From the NCBI GenBank assembly GCA_963667015.2, contig CAXXJJ010000001.1, forward strand, positions 896,001-960,000: 64,000 nucleotides of DNA, in the 5' to 3' direction. The notes beneath the pieces are model-generated. The model was not told the origin of the DNA. It saw only the letters and a list, made by a program, of their open reading frames with translations, and did no database searches. Shown here one piece after another: positions 1 to 10,406 of the stretch. The stretch is from Desulfatiglandales bacterium. Lineage in GTDB: Bacteria > Desulfobacterota > DSM-4660 > Desulfatiglandales > HGW-15. How positions within the stretch are numbered: position 1 is the stretch's first letter; each line of letters starts with the position of its first letter. Made by a program: the position numbers and the translations under genes.

Positions 1-21
1 TTTGCCAATCACTATATAGGG

Positions 22-2253
22 ATGGAGTTTTCGACAGCAGGACAAAAGCTTCTCATGTCACGTCTCTATGGTTTTGAACAAAATCAAGATTTTATCTCCC
101 CCAAAACATCCTTAAGTTTGAATCTATGGACTCTCATATTACGTAAAGATGGGGGCAGGGATAAAAAAGAAGTTGCTCTTTCCTCTCTCGATGATGCAGC
201 AACATCGCTTTCCATAATAGGATCAAAAGCAGGAGAACGTACGCTTATTCTGAACTGGAAGGGGTTGAGTATCAACAATGAAAAAAATATCATTGATGTT
301 GATGTTAAAATTACTCTTAAAGCAAATGATCCTAATTCATTATGGAGGATAAATGTAAACAACCGGAGCAAAGATTATGGCCTCTGGAATGTGTACTTTC
401 CGGTTTTAAAATTGGTTCCGATTGGAACTAATGCTGAAGATAATTATTTTGTAGTGGGAAAATCCAGAGGTGTTCTTGTGAAAGATCCTTTCCGCTCTAA
501 TCCGAAGCGTGCATTTGGTTTTGCTTCGAAAGGCGGTGTTACCTGGCCTGGAGGGCTCAATATGCAATTCCAGGCTCTATACAATGCTGATCGTAATGGT
601 TTATATATAGCAACACATGATGGAGGGGGGTATAAAAAAAAGTTTTATTTTTTTCCTGATCCGAAAAATTTAGCCATGGAATACAAAATTGGCCATTTCC
701 CGCCCAATATGGGATTTCCTGCTGAAGATTATCATATGAGTTATGATGTGGTGGTAAGACCTTTCATTGGGGATTGGTATGATGCAGCTCAGATATACAG
801 ATCCTGGGCTTTGAAGCAATCATGGTGCAAAAATGGCAACCTTAAAACTCGCCAGGATATACCTCAATGGTTTAAGGAGACTCCAATTATGCTGAAGGTT
901 ACTTCAAAAAAAGGGAGTCGTGATCTTTCTAGACTGAAAAAAAGAATAATTGATTTTATTGATTTTATTGATATCGATCTGCCAGTTAATTGGTACACTT
1001 GGAAAAAATACATGCCGGGAAAAACTGCGTTTAACAGTATTAAAGCCAAATTGCAGATGTTTAAGCGGCCAACTAACCCTGTATCTAATATTCATGATGG
1101 AAATTATCCTGAGCTTCCTGCCTTGTCAGGATTCCAGTCTGTATGTGATGATATTTCAAAAGTTGGAGGTCATGTCCTTCCATATATGTGTGCTCGTATT
1201 TTCGATCCCGGAATCGATGAAAATTCTCCATTTGCAAAAGACGCAAAGCCTAACTCAATGAAGAGCTTAGACGGTGATATCACATATGCGAATGGAGGTC
1301 TAACATGGAAGATGTGTTACCATTCAAAATGGTGGCAGGATCGACTAAAGGAAACTGTTTCTGAATTGATGAATAAGGAGCATGCAAGTGGAATATATTT
1401 TGATGCCTTCTATGGCGGCTATGTGCAATGTTTTGATACAAATCATGGGCATACTCATGGAGGAGGAAATAGTCCTTATATTGGTGCAAAAAAAATTGCT
1501 ACGGTTATAAGAAAAACCATGAAAAATATTGATAAAGAATCTGTTATGACAGGAGAAAGCCCATCTGAAACTGCAATAGATCTTCTTGATGGATTCCTTT
1601 ATCGATGGACTACTTGGCCTGATATGTTACCACTTTTTGCGACAGTTTATGGAGATTATATCCCACGTTATGGAATGGAAATTAATCCCAAATCTGATGG
1701 GTTTTACATTCAGAGTGCAGTATTATTCCTTGAAGGTGCTATTATGGGTAGATTATCTCTGCATGGAGATGATTTATTAAAGGATTTTGATAATGGGTCT
1801 GTTTACACAGAAGAGATGAAATTTTTAAGAAAACTTGCAAGATATCGAAGCACAGAAATGGGGAAAAAATATTTAGCCTATGGTCAGCTTCTTAGGCCTT
1901 TAAGTACTTTGAAAATGAATCCGGATTTGTCTGTTTCTTATAAGGAATCTAATCAGAGGTATAAAAATGGAGAGATCACGTCAAAAGCTTTGCAGTCTGG
2001 GGTTTTTAAAGCAAAGGATGGGAGTATTGGCATCTTTGTTGTTAATGTTTCAGTAACTCCGGTTTCTTTTAGCTTCAATCTTAATTCGGATGAATATCCT
2101 CTATTAAATAAACAATTTAAGAAAGTAATAACCATTGATGAGTATGGGCAGATGCTAAACGAGGAAGAATATAAGATCGATCGTTTAAAAATTGAAAAAA
2201 AGATGGAAAGCCATGATGTTTTATTTTTATGTATAAGACCAAAAAAGCAATAG
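22..2253 (+). CDS. Large glycoside-hydrolase-like protein (DUF6259-like); may begin before the window
   Basis: 743 aa ORF, frame open from base 1. Motifs GDWYDAAQIYRSW, GIYFD, HGHTHGGG and MTGESPSE resemble DUF6259/GH TIM-barrel proteins. Confidence 0.55.
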   Translation: MEFSTAGQKLLMSRLYGFEQNQDFISPKTSLSLNLWTLILRKDGGRDKKEVALSSLDDAATSLSIIGSKAGERTLILNWKGLSINNEKNIIDVDVKITLKANDPNSLWRINVNNRSKDYGLWNVYFPVLKLVPIGTNAEDNYFVVGKSRGVLVKDPFRSNPKRAFGFASKGGVTWPGGLNMQFQALYNADRNGLYIATHDGGGYKKKFYFFPDPKNLAMEYKIGHFPPNMGFPAEDYHMSYDVVVRPFIGDWYDAAQIYRSWALKQSWCKNGNLKTRQDIPQWFKETPIMLKVTSKKGSRDLSRLKKRIIDFIDFIDIDLPVNWYTWKKYMPGKTAFNSIKAKLQMFKRPTNPVSNIHDGNYPELPALSGFQSVCDDISKVGGHVLPYMCARIFDPGIDENSPFAKDAKPNSMKSLDGDITYANGGLTWKMCYHSKWWQDRLKETVSELMNKEHASGIYFDAFYGGYVQCFDTNHGHTHGGGNSPYIGAKKIATVIRKTMKNIDKESVMTGESPSETAIDLLDGFLYRWTTWPDMLPLFATVYGDYIPRYGMEINPKSDGFYIQSAVLFLEGAIMGRLSLHGDDLLKDFDNGSVYTEEMKFLRKLARYRSTEMGKKYLAYGQLLRPLSTLKMNPDLSVSYKESNQRYKNGEITSKALQSGVFKAKDGSIGIFVVNVSVTPVSFSFNLNSDEYPLLNKQFKKVITIDEYGQMLNEEEYKIDRLKIEKKMESHDVLFLCIRPKKQ

Positions 2254-2256
2254 TAT

Positions 2257-2880
2257 ATGATGTTTAGTGAGCTTATGGAGACTCCTCGCAAAGTAATTGA
2301 GTTAACAGGTGCCCCTGGCAGTGGTAAAACAACATTTATAGAAAAAAACTACCCAGATAGATTTGTATTGTTGGGTGGTTTACCCCTGTCGTTTAGGACG
2401 GGAAAAAGAGTACTGTATTCTATTGTCTTATTCTTATATGCAATACGAATAAGGGCATTGAGTTTGGGGCAAATTTGGTGGCTGGTTAAAAAGGCGGTAA
2501 CTTATGATGAGACTCTATTTGCTAAAATTAATGCTTTGCGTAATAGTATTACCAAGTTTGGTTATAATTTTTTCGAAAGACATACAGATGCGTCATTGAT
2601 AATAGATGAAGGTATTAGCCATATCCCATTTATACTAGGTCTGGAAAATAAAGAGATTTCTGATTTTATCTATCAATTTAACCAGCACCTAGCGGAAATA
2701 AGAATTATTTTTATTGATTCCCTCCCGAAAGAAATTTTAGAAAAAAGAATTATTAAACGTGGGCATAAACGTGTTAGAGCTGGAAGAGATGTGGAAAGAT
2801 TTGTAGCTAAAAATACTAGGATTGCTGAATATTACAAAAGAGCACTTATTGATGCCGGTTTTGATATTACATTAGTGTAG
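2257..2880 (+). CDS. P-loop nucleotide-kinase-like protein
   Basis: Walker A GAPGSGKTT near the N-terminus, IIDEG Walker-B-like motif, RIIKRG lid-like motif. Confidence 0.65.
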   Translation: MMFSELMETPRKVIELTGAPGSGKTTFIEKNYPDRFVLLGGLPLSFRTGKRVLYSIVLFLYAIRIRALSLGQIWWLVKKAVTYDETLFAKINALRNSITKFGYNFFERHTDASLIIDEGISHIPFILGLENKEISDFIYQFNQHLAEIRIIFIDSLPKEILEKRIIKRGHKRVRAGRDVERFVAKNTRIAEYYKRALIDAGFDITLV

Positions 2881-2889
2881 GAAAATACT

Positions 2890-4341
2890 ATGTTAGAATT
2901 ATATAAGAAACTTTTTAGACAACTAAACCAGGATACAGTTTATGCCATATGGAAAGCTTGCCATGATTTGCACGCGTCCATAGATGGAAAGGGAGATATA
3001 GATCTTTTAGTTGATTCTAAAAGTGAAATGCAGTTTGAAGAAATATTGCATCAGTATGGTTTTATTCATGCAACTTTTAAATCTTTGACGTTCCCTTTTG
3101 TCAAACATTACTATGGATATGATGAAGATACGGGTCAAATCTGTCATTTGCATATTTACTATAAAATAATAACTGGTGAAACTCACCTTAAATCCTATCA
3201 TATTCCTATTGAGGCCGAAGTTCTAAGTAATAGATTCCTGAATGCCATGAATATCTATGAGGCTTCTTATATTGATCAAGCTCTTATATATTCAATGCGT
3301 CATTATATGAAACGATCCAGTTTATTTGGGTATTTTTTTTGGATTTATGAAAAATCAGACTACCTAAAGGAATACCAATACATTAAAAAAGGTTTGAATA
3401 CTGCAAGAGATGAGGATAATTGCAATCCTAATAATAGTATACACTCAAAGTTCAATTTTTTTAATATCGATATGAATACAGGTTTATCTGGTTATCAAAA
3501 GGCCAAAGCTGAGGTATTAAAAATCAGTGATTTTCGGAGGCTTACCTCAACAGAAGCTATATGGAAGAGTCTTTATTATTTTTTACTCAGGGTATGGTAT
3601 AAATTTTTTAAAATAAGAAAAAGGCTTGATAATGGTATTGTTTTAGCAATATCAGGTATTGATGCATCAGGAAAATCCAGCATGGTTAAGGAACTTCATG
3701 CATGGTTAGGCAAAAACTTTGATGTTGAGACTTTCCATCTTGGCAAACCTTCGCCTGTCCTTAGTACGTTTCCACTCAGGTTTTTTTTGCTTTTATACCG
3801 GTTTATTAATAGGAAAAAAAGGAATGAACGATTTGAGTCATCAGGTTTTTTTGGGGAGAGCTCTCTAAAACAAAAGAATGGATTTGTATGGGGGTTGAGA
3901 TATCTTTGTCTAGGTTATGAACGGTATAAGCATGCATGTGTGGCTAGAGGTCTGGCAGCCAAAGGTAAAATTATCATTTGTGATCGTTATCCGACAAATA
4001 CACATGGTAAAATGGATTCTCCAAGAATTGTGCCCGGGGGCTCAAAGCTTGTTGGGAAAATGAGTCATTATGAACTCATGCTCTATAAAAAACTACCTAA
4101 AACAAATGCTCTGATATTCCTTGAAGTGTCAATGTCAGAGGCAATTAAAAGGAACAGAGACCGAATTAAAAAAGACAAAGAAACGGATGATGGAATTGTC
4201 TTTAGGCATAAAAATAATCAGGGACTTGATTTTCACGCCAACAAGATATTTTTTGTTGATGCTAACCTTGAATACAAAAATGTACTTAAGAATATAAAAC
4301 AGATAACTTGGAAATGTATATTGAAAATGGCATATAGGTGA
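2890..4341 (+). CDS. Nucleotidyltransferase-like / thymidylate-kinase-like fusion protein
   Basis: N-terminal GKGDIDLLV (NTase GDxD-like); C-terminal ISGIDASGKSS P-loop and ICDRY motif of the dTMP kinase family. Confidence 0.6.
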   Translation: MLELYKKLFRQLNQDTVYAIWKACHDLHASIDGKGDIDLLVDSKSEMQFEEILHQYGFIHATFKSLTFPFVKHYYGYDEDTGQICHLHIYYKIITGETHLKSYHIPIEAEVLSNRFLNAMNIYEASYIDQALIYSMRHYMKRSSLFGYFFWIYEKSDYLKEYQYIKKGLNTARDEDNCNPNNSIHSKFNFFNIDMNTGLSGYQKAKAEVLKISDFRRLTSTEAIWKSLYYFLLRVWYKFFKIRKRLDNGIVLAISGIDASGKSSMVKELHAWLGKNFDVETFHLGKPSPVLSTFPLRFFLLLYRFINRKKRNERFESSGFFGESSLKQKNGFVWGLRYLCLGYERYKHACVARGLAAKGKIIICDRYPTNTHGKMDSPRIVPGGSKLVGKMSHYELMLYKKLPKTNALIFLEVSMSEAIKRNRDRIKKDKETDDGIVFRHKNNQGLDFHANKIFFVDANLEYKNVLKNIKQITWKCILKMAYR

Positions 4342-4391
4342 TCATGCTTTGTTCGTTCCCTGCTCTAGTCTAGTAGATAAGGTATATAATA

Positions 4392-5573
4392 ATGTTAATT
4401 AGAAGACATAAAATTCGAATAGCTCTTATAGCCAATAGTGATTTAGCCGTTTTTCATTGGAGAGGTGGGTTAATCAAGGAGCTTGTAAGTAGGGGCTTAG
4501 ATGTTACGGTTGTGGCACCTGATGGGAAATATGTTAGTAAGATTGAAAAGCTTGGAGTGAAATACATCCCTGTTCCTGTAAGTCGTTTTTTAAATCCGCT
4601 TGGTGACATCGCATTTTTTTTGCGACTATACTATATTTTTCGAAAGAATCGCTTTGATTTAGTGCATACCATGTCGGTAAAGCCAAATGTTTATGGGACA
4701 ATCGCCGCATGGCTTGCAAGGGTGGACAGGATTGTTTGTTTACTTTCCGGTACGGGGTTTGCGTTTGCAGATCTTCCGGGAATAAAGCAAAAGCTACTTC
4801 GTTGGTTTGTTACCTGGCTTTATAGAGTTGCACTTAGAGTTAGCGATAGAGCATGGTTTCAAAATCCTGATGATCTGGATTATTTTTTTAAAAAAAGAAT
4901 TATTCAGGGAAATAAAGGAGTTGTTATCCGTGGCAGTGGTGTTGATACATTAGAGTATTCTAAAGCGTCTGTTTCTAATAAAGAAAGATCATCATTAATG
5001 AAAGAACTCCAACTCCCTGAAAAAGCACATTGTGTACTTATGGTTGTCGCACGCATGATTTGGAGTAAAGGGATTCGTGAATTTTTAGAAGCTGCTTCAA
5101 TACTAAAGGAGAAGCACCCTGAGTGGTTTTTCATATTAGTTGCTCCGGTGGATCAAGGAACTCCTGACGCTGTTTCAGAGTCGGATATTGAATTGTTCCA
5201 AAAAAATGAGTGCGTACGGATAATAAAAATGTTTAGGCATGATATTAAAGTTTTTGAGGCTATTTCAGATATTATGGTCCTTCCATCTTTTTATCCTGAA
5301 GGTGTCCCTAGGGTTTTGATAGAGGGGCTTGCCATGTCTCTACCCCTTATCACTACAAATCGTCCTGGTTGTAAGGAAACAGTTAAGCATGGTAAGAATG
5401 GTTATCTTATCCCCCCACAAGATACTTCTGCCTTGGTAAAAAAACTCAGTATCCTTATACAAGATAAAAATAAGAGGAAAGAATTTGGGGACTATTCTCG
5501 ATTGATGGCTGAAAAAGAATTTGACGAAAAAATAGTCTTGGAAAGAGTTATTAAAGAGGTTTATGGAATTTGA
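4392..5573 (+). CDS. Glycosyltransferase family 4 (PglA/CapM-like)
   Basis: KPNVYGTIAA, FQNPDD and VLPSFYPEGVPRVLIEGLA motifs. Confidence 0.9.
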   Translation: MLIRRHKIRIALIANSDLAVFHWRGGLIKELVSRGLDVTVVAPDGKYVSKIEKLGVKYIPVPVSRFLNPLGDIAFFLRLYYIFRKNRFDLVHTMSVKPNVYGTIAAWLARVDRIVCLLSGTGFAFADLPGIKQKLLRWFVTWLYRVALRVSDRAWFQNPDDLDYFFKKRIIQGNKGVVIRGSGVDTLEYSKASVSNKERSSLMKELQLPEKAHCVLMVVARMIWSKGIREFLEAASILKEKHPEWFFILVAPVDQGTPDAVSESDIELFQKNECVRIIKMFRHDIKVFEAISDIMVLPSFYPEGVPRVLIEGLAMSLPLITTNRPGCKETVKHGKNGYLIPPQDTSALVKKLSILIQDKNKRKEFGDYSRLMAEKEFDEKIVLERVIKEVYGI

Positions 5574-5701
5574 ATTGATAAACCAAGACGGTTAAAGAGT
5601 ATTCAGAAAAGCTAAATGATAAGTGCCTTTTAATATATATTAAGGCTTGCTGACTACGTAAAGATTTTATAAATATAGGCCTTTAAATAAGGGGATTATA
5701 A

Positions 5702-6541
5702 ATGCAGTTGGAAGAACGAAAATTAAAAGAAATTGAACACTCCGATCAAAGGAGATCAATAGTTAGGGCATATGAATATCATACTGATGCATCAAAAGAT
5801 AATAGTAAGCGAGAATTCATTACAACTGATGAAGAATATAATTATCATTTCTCAAATATGAAGTTTTATAGTATTACCCGATCAAGTTTTGCATATCGCG
5901 ACAGGCTTCTTTTTCATGATATTGTGAATAAAAAAACACTGGATTATTGTTGCGGGAATGGTGAGATAGCCATCGAAATGGGAAAAAAAGGTGCGGGAAA
6001 TGTTACGGGCATAGATATATCTCAGGTTGCTGTAAATAATGCTAATAAAATTGCTCAAAATGAAAATCTTGATAAGGTATGTTCTTTTAAAGTAATGGAT
6101 GCAGAACATACTGAGTTTGCAGACAATTCTTTTGATACCATCCATGAATATGGAGCCTTACATCACCTTGATCTTGATGCGGCATTCAAGGAACTTGCCC
6201 GTATTTTAAAACCAGATGGTAGATTAATTTGTACTGAAGCTCTTAGACATAATCCATTAATAAGCGCTTACAGAAAAAAGACACCACATCTAAGAACAGA
6301 ATGGGAAGCAGAACATATTCTAGGGGTTCCTGAAATAATGTCTGGAAAGAAATACTTTCAGACTGTAAATTTGAAATTTTTCCATTTATGCGCTCTTTTT
6401 GCGGTACCTATCCGGAATACATCTTTTTTTAAACCTTTGCTTTCTATTTTTGAAAAGGTTGATGATGTACTTCTAAGAATACCTTACATTCAGAAGATGG
6501 CATGGATTGCAGTTGTACAGTATGGTAATCCTAAAAAATAG
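5702..6541 (+). CDS. Class I SAM-dependent methyltransferase
   Basis: LDYCCGNG motif I, GIDIS, DNSFD, LHHL and RILKPDG. Confidence 0.85.
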   Translation: MQLEERKLKEIEHSDQRRSIVRAYEYHTDASKDNSKREFITTDEEYNYHFSNMKFYSITRSSFAYRDRLLFHDIVNKKTLDYCCGNGEIAIEMGKKGAGNVTGIDISQVAVNNANKIAQNENLDKVCSFKVMDAEHTEFADNSFDTIHEYGALHHLDLDAAFKELARILKPDGRLICTEALRHNPLISAYRKKTPHLRTEWEAEHILGVPEIMSGKKYFQTVNLKFFHLCALFAVPIRNTSFFKPLLSIFEKVDDVLLRIPYIQKMAWIAVVQYGNPKK

Positions 6542-6586
6542 TTATCTTTTCTGTTTTAAAATTTAATGTGAACTGAATAATAGAAA

Positions 6587-7234
6587 ATGCATTATTATAA
6601 AACTCCTTTGTTGTATAATGTCTTCAAACGTTCTATGGATTTATTATTAGCTTTTTGTGCCCTCATCTTACTATCTCCATTATTAATAATAATCTCATTA
6701 TTGATAAAACTAGGTTCACCTGGCCCCATTTTATATAAAGGTGTACGGTCAGGTTTGAAAGGAAAGTCATTTCAAATATATAAATTCCGATCTATGGTTG
6801 TTAATGCCGAGCAGATTGGAGGTCCATCAACAGCCCTTGATGATCCAAGGTTAACAGGGATAGGCAAATTTATACGTAAATATAAAATCGATGAACTTCC
6901 TCAATTAATAAATATCCTTAAAGGGGAAATGAGTCTAGTTGGCCCTAGACCCCAGGTCAAAAAATATACAAAGTTATATAGTGACGAAGAAAAGATTATA
7001 TTAACTGTAAAGCCAGGTTTGTCAGACTATGCATCAATAAAATTTATTAATCTTGATCAAATTTTGGGTAATGAGTCAGTTGATGAAATATATTTAAGAG
7101 AAATAGAACCGGCAAAGAATAGGCTAAGGATTAAATATGTAAATGAAGCATCTTTCCTAACGGATTTAAAGATAATATTCATGACACTTTTTCAGTTGAT
7201 GAGGATAAAAAAGGTTTGGAATATCAAAAACTAA
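6587..7234 (+). CDS. Bacterial sugar transferase (PglC/WcaJ C-terminal type phosphoglycosyl transferase)
   Basis: FKRSMD, YKFRSM, DELPQLINILKGEMSLVGPRP. Confidence 0.93.
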   Translation: MHYYKTPLLYNVFKRSMDLLLAFCALILLSPLLIIISLLIKLGSPGPILYKGVRSGLKGKSFQIYKFRSMVVNAEQIGGPSTALDDPRLTGIGKFIRKYKIDELPQLINILKGEMSLVGPRPQVKKYTKLYSDEEKIILTVKPGLSDYASIKFINLDQILGNESVDEIYLREIEPAKNRLRIKYVNEASFLTDLKIIFMTLFQLMRIKKVWNIKN

Positions 7235-8154
7235 ATTCTTCACTTCAGGAGGTATCATCGCTCGGTTTTGGATGTTGGGCGATTGGTGGCCATGGATATG
7301 GCACTGTTGATGATAATGAATCAAAAAAAGCCATAGCAAAGGCGATAGAAAGTGGGGTTAATTTTTTTGATACTGCTGATGTGTATGGGTTTGGTAAATC
7401 CGAAAGTCTTCTTGCTGAAGCTTTGGGCAATAAAATTAAAAATGTAATTGTTGCCAGTAAAGGTGGAGTTCGTTGGAATGCTAAAGGTGAGACAGTGAAA
7501 GACTGTTCGCCCAAGTATTTACGTCAGGCTGTGGAACGAAGCCTTTCTAGATTAAGACTTGAATGTATTCCACTTTATTATATACACTGGCCAGATGAAA
7601 AAACACCTGTTGAGGATTCTGTTGGTGAACTCGGGCTTTTAAAAAAGGAAGGCAAAATAGGCGCAATAGGAGTTTCCAATTTTTCTTCTGAACAGATTAA
7701 AAGAGCATTATCATCTCAAAAAATTGAAGCTGCACAGGTCCAGTACAATATGCTCCAAAGAGAAAAAGCGCTTGATATAATAAGAGTATGCAAAGAAAAT
7801 AATATATTAATTGTTGCATGGGGTGCGTTGGGGGATGGCCTGCTTACCGGTAAGTTTACTTCCGATTCAAGGTTTAGTGAAGGTGATCATCGTAGGAAAA
7901 GCTCTGAATTTCAAGGTGAAAAATTTATTACAAATCTTGAAATAGTAGAAAAAATAAATGAATTATCCCTCGAAATGGGAATAAAAAACAGTCAGCTTGC
8001 TCTAAGGTGGATACTTGATACGATCGGTTTTTCTTGTGCTTTATTTGGTGCTAAAACAGAAAAACAGGTGACTGAGAACCTGGGTGCGGTAGGTTGGTCT
8101 TTAAATGAAAATGACTTACAGAAAATTGAATTAATCCTAAATGGAAAAAATTAG
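7216..8154 (+). CDS. Aldo/keto reductase
   Basis: GFGCWAIGG, FFDTADVYG, SLSRLRL, YYIHWP and IGVSNF. Confidence 0.92.
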   Translation: MEYQKLNSSLQEVSSLGFGCWAIGGHGYGTVDDNESKKAIAKAIESGVNFFDTADVYGFGKSESLLAEALGNKIKNVIVASKGGVRWNAKGETVKDCSPKYLRQAVERSLSRLRLECIPLYYIHWPDEKTPVEDSVGELGLLKKEGKIGAIGVSNFSSEQIKRALSSQKIEAAQVQYNMLQREKALDIIRVCKENNILIVAWGALGDGLLTGKFTSDSRFSEGDHRRKSSEFQGEKFITNLEIVEKINELSLEMGIKNSQLALRWILDTIGFSCALFGAKTEKQVTENLGAVGWSLNENDLQKIELILNGKN

Positions 8155-8192
8155 TTATAGACACAAAACAATCTTTAATCAGAAGGGAAAAT

Positions 8193-9164
8193 TTGGAAAA
8201 AAATCTTTTAATAAACATGTTTAAGCAAATGGTGAAGATTCGTTATTGTGAGGAGAGTCTGGTTGAATATATTCTTGACGGATCTATTTGCTGTCCAGTT
8301 CATCTTACATCAGGAGAGGAGGCTGTCGCTGTTGGTATTTGTTCTGTGCTAGAAAAAAATGATTATATTTTTGGCAATCATCGCTCCCATGGTCATTACA
8401 TAGCAAAAGGAGGCGATCTTGCTGCTATGATTGCTGAAATTTTTTGTAAGGAAGATGGCTGCTCAAAAGGAAGAGGAGGCTCCATGCATCTAATTGATCC
8501 GAGTGTTGGGATGCTTGGCTCTGCTCCAATTGTTGCCGGAACGATTTCTTTGGCAGTTGGCGCAGCATTAGCTTGTAAGATTCGTAATAGTGGCCAAATT
8601 GCAGTGTCTTTTTTTGGTGATGGGGCTACTAATGAAGGAGTCCTATATGAATCTTTGAATTTTGTTTCAGTAAATAAGCTACCAATGATTTTTGTTTGTG
8701 AAAATAATTTCTATTCAACTCATATGCCTATAAAAGAGTGTCGACCAAATGATGAAATATATAGGATTGCTGAACCTTTTGATATTCCTTCCTCAAGGAT
8801 TGATGGGAATGATGTTTTGGCAGTATATGAAATAGCTAAAGAAGCTGTGGGAAATTGCAGAAGAGGCAACGGACCTTATTTTATTGAATGTTTAACATAC
8901 AGGCAAAGAGGGCACGTTGGACCTGATGATAATATCCAGGGCACTCATACAGATATACGGCCCCCTGACGAAGTTGAAGAATGGATGAAAAATGACCCAA
9001 TAATTAGATTTGAAAAATATCTAATTAATAAAAAAATAATATCATCTGATGAAATAGATCAAATAAAATCTAATATAAATATTGAAATAGGTGATGCATA
9101 TAAATATGCGAAAGATTCGAATGATCCCAGAGAGCAAGAGTTGAAGAATTATGTCTACAAATAA
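8193..9164 (+). CDS. ThDP-dependent dehydrogenase E1 alpha subunit
   Basis: HRSHGH, GRGGSMH, GDGATNEG...ENN ThDP-binding motif, TYRQRGH. Confidence 0.92.
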   Translation: MEKNLLINMFKQMVKIRYCEESLVEYILDGSICCPVHLTSGEEAVAVGICSVLEKNDYIFGNHRSHGHYIAKGGDLAAMIAEIFCKEDGCSKGRGGSMHLIDPSVGMLGSAPIVAGTISLAVGAALACKIRNSGQIAVSFFGDGATNEGVLYESLNFVSVNKLPMIFVCENNFYSTHMPIKECRPNDEIYRIAEPFDIPSSRIDGNDVLAVYEIAKEAVGNCRRGNGPYFIECLTYRQRGHVGPDDNIQGTHTDIRPPDEVEEWMKNDPIIRFEKYLINKKIISSDEIDQIKSNINIEIGDAYKYAKDSNDPREQELKNYVYK

Positions 9165-10134
9165 TAGAAAATTGCAGTATAGTTTAGCCTTAAATGAAGC
9201 CCTTCACCAAACTATGGAAGATGATCCTAGTGTTTTTTTAATTGGTCAGGGTGTGAAAAGCCCATGGTATGTTGGTAATACAGCTACAGGCCTTCTTGAT
9301 AGATTTGGTGAAGAGCGTGTAATCGATACCCCTGTATCTGAGAATGCTGTGACAGGTGCAGCTGTTGGTGCTGCTATAGCAGGGATGAAACCTGTTGTTG
9401 TGCATCCAAGAATGGATTTTATGCTGTTTGCCTTTGACCCGATTATTAATCAGGCAGCTAACTGGTATTATATGAATGGCGGTAAACAAAGTGTCCCGGT
9501 TGTGTTTTGGGGAATCATTAATCGTGGTGGTGAGCAAGGAGCTCAACATTCTCAGGCTATACATGCTTTATTTTCACATATCCCTGGTTTAAAAGTGGTT
9601 ATGCCATATACTCCATATGATGCAAAAGGCCTCATGATATCGGCTATTAAAGACCCAAATCCTGTAGTATATATCGATGACAGATGGCTTTACGCTAATG
9701 AAGGTATTGTTCCAGAAGAAATGTATGAAACTCCTATTGGAAAAGGGACAGTGCTGCGTGAGGGAAAAGATCTCAGTATAATAGCTATTTCTTATTCCTG
9801 CCATCTGGCAATCCAGGCCGCAGATAGATTGGAAAAGGACGGAATTGATGTTGAGGTGATTGACCTGCGTTCTGCCAAACCTTTGGATAAAGAGATAATT
9901 AAGAAATCCATTAGTAAAACTGGAAGAGCATTAATCATTGATGTGGGTTGGCAGACTTGTGGCTTATCTGCAGAAATAAGTGCAATAATTGCTGAGAGTG
10001 CATTATTATATTTAAAAACCCCTATAAATCGTCTTGCTTTACCGGATGCACCTGCACCCGCTAATAGAAACCTTGAAGCTTGTTATTATCTGAATGTCGA
10101 AAAGGTAATACATTCTGTAAAGGCGATCCTTTAA
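9151..10134 (+). CDS. ThDP-dependent dehydrogenase E1 beta subunit
   Basis: RVIDTPVSE, GAQHSQ, IPGLKVV, EVIDLRS; overlaps the alpha gene. Confidence 0.92.
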   Translation: MSTNNRKLQYSLALNEALHQTMEDDPSVFLIGQGVKSPWYVGNTATGLLDRFGEERVIDTPVSENAVTGAAVGAAIAGMKPVVVHPRMDFMLFAFDPIINQAANWYYMNGGKQSVPVVFWGIINRGGEQGAQHSQAIHALFSHIPGLKVVMPYTPYDAKGLMISAIKDPNPVVYIDDRWLYANEGIVPEEMYETPIGKGTVLREGKDLSIIAISYSCHLAIQAADRLEKDGIDVEVIDLRSAKPLDKEIIKKSISKTGRALIIDVGWQTCGLSAEISAIIAESALLYLKTPINRLALPDAPAPANRNLEACYYLNVEKVIHSVKAIL

Positions 10135-10406
10135 TAAAAACTTATAATTTTATGGCTACTATTTATTAATGAAGAAATGTTGAAGAAGCATTTTCGGAAT
10201 ATTTGGTAATAGACTAGTTTTCACAAAATCATAGACTAGGCGCTCTTATATAGATAAGAATAAAATCGATTGTTTTTCTTCATATAATATATTTATTTAG
10301 ATAACTTATCGAATTTACTTTTTCCCAATTGTCATTGTCATTTGCTTTAAACGCTTGCATTTATTCAACTCCATATCATAAAAAAATTCTGTGATTAGAA
10401 AGTAAA

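Noticed and set aside
8193..10134. Housekeeping pyruvate dehydrogenase (pdhAB)
   Set aside because: No adjacent E2/E3 and a glycan-cluster context, so no gene symbol was assigned.
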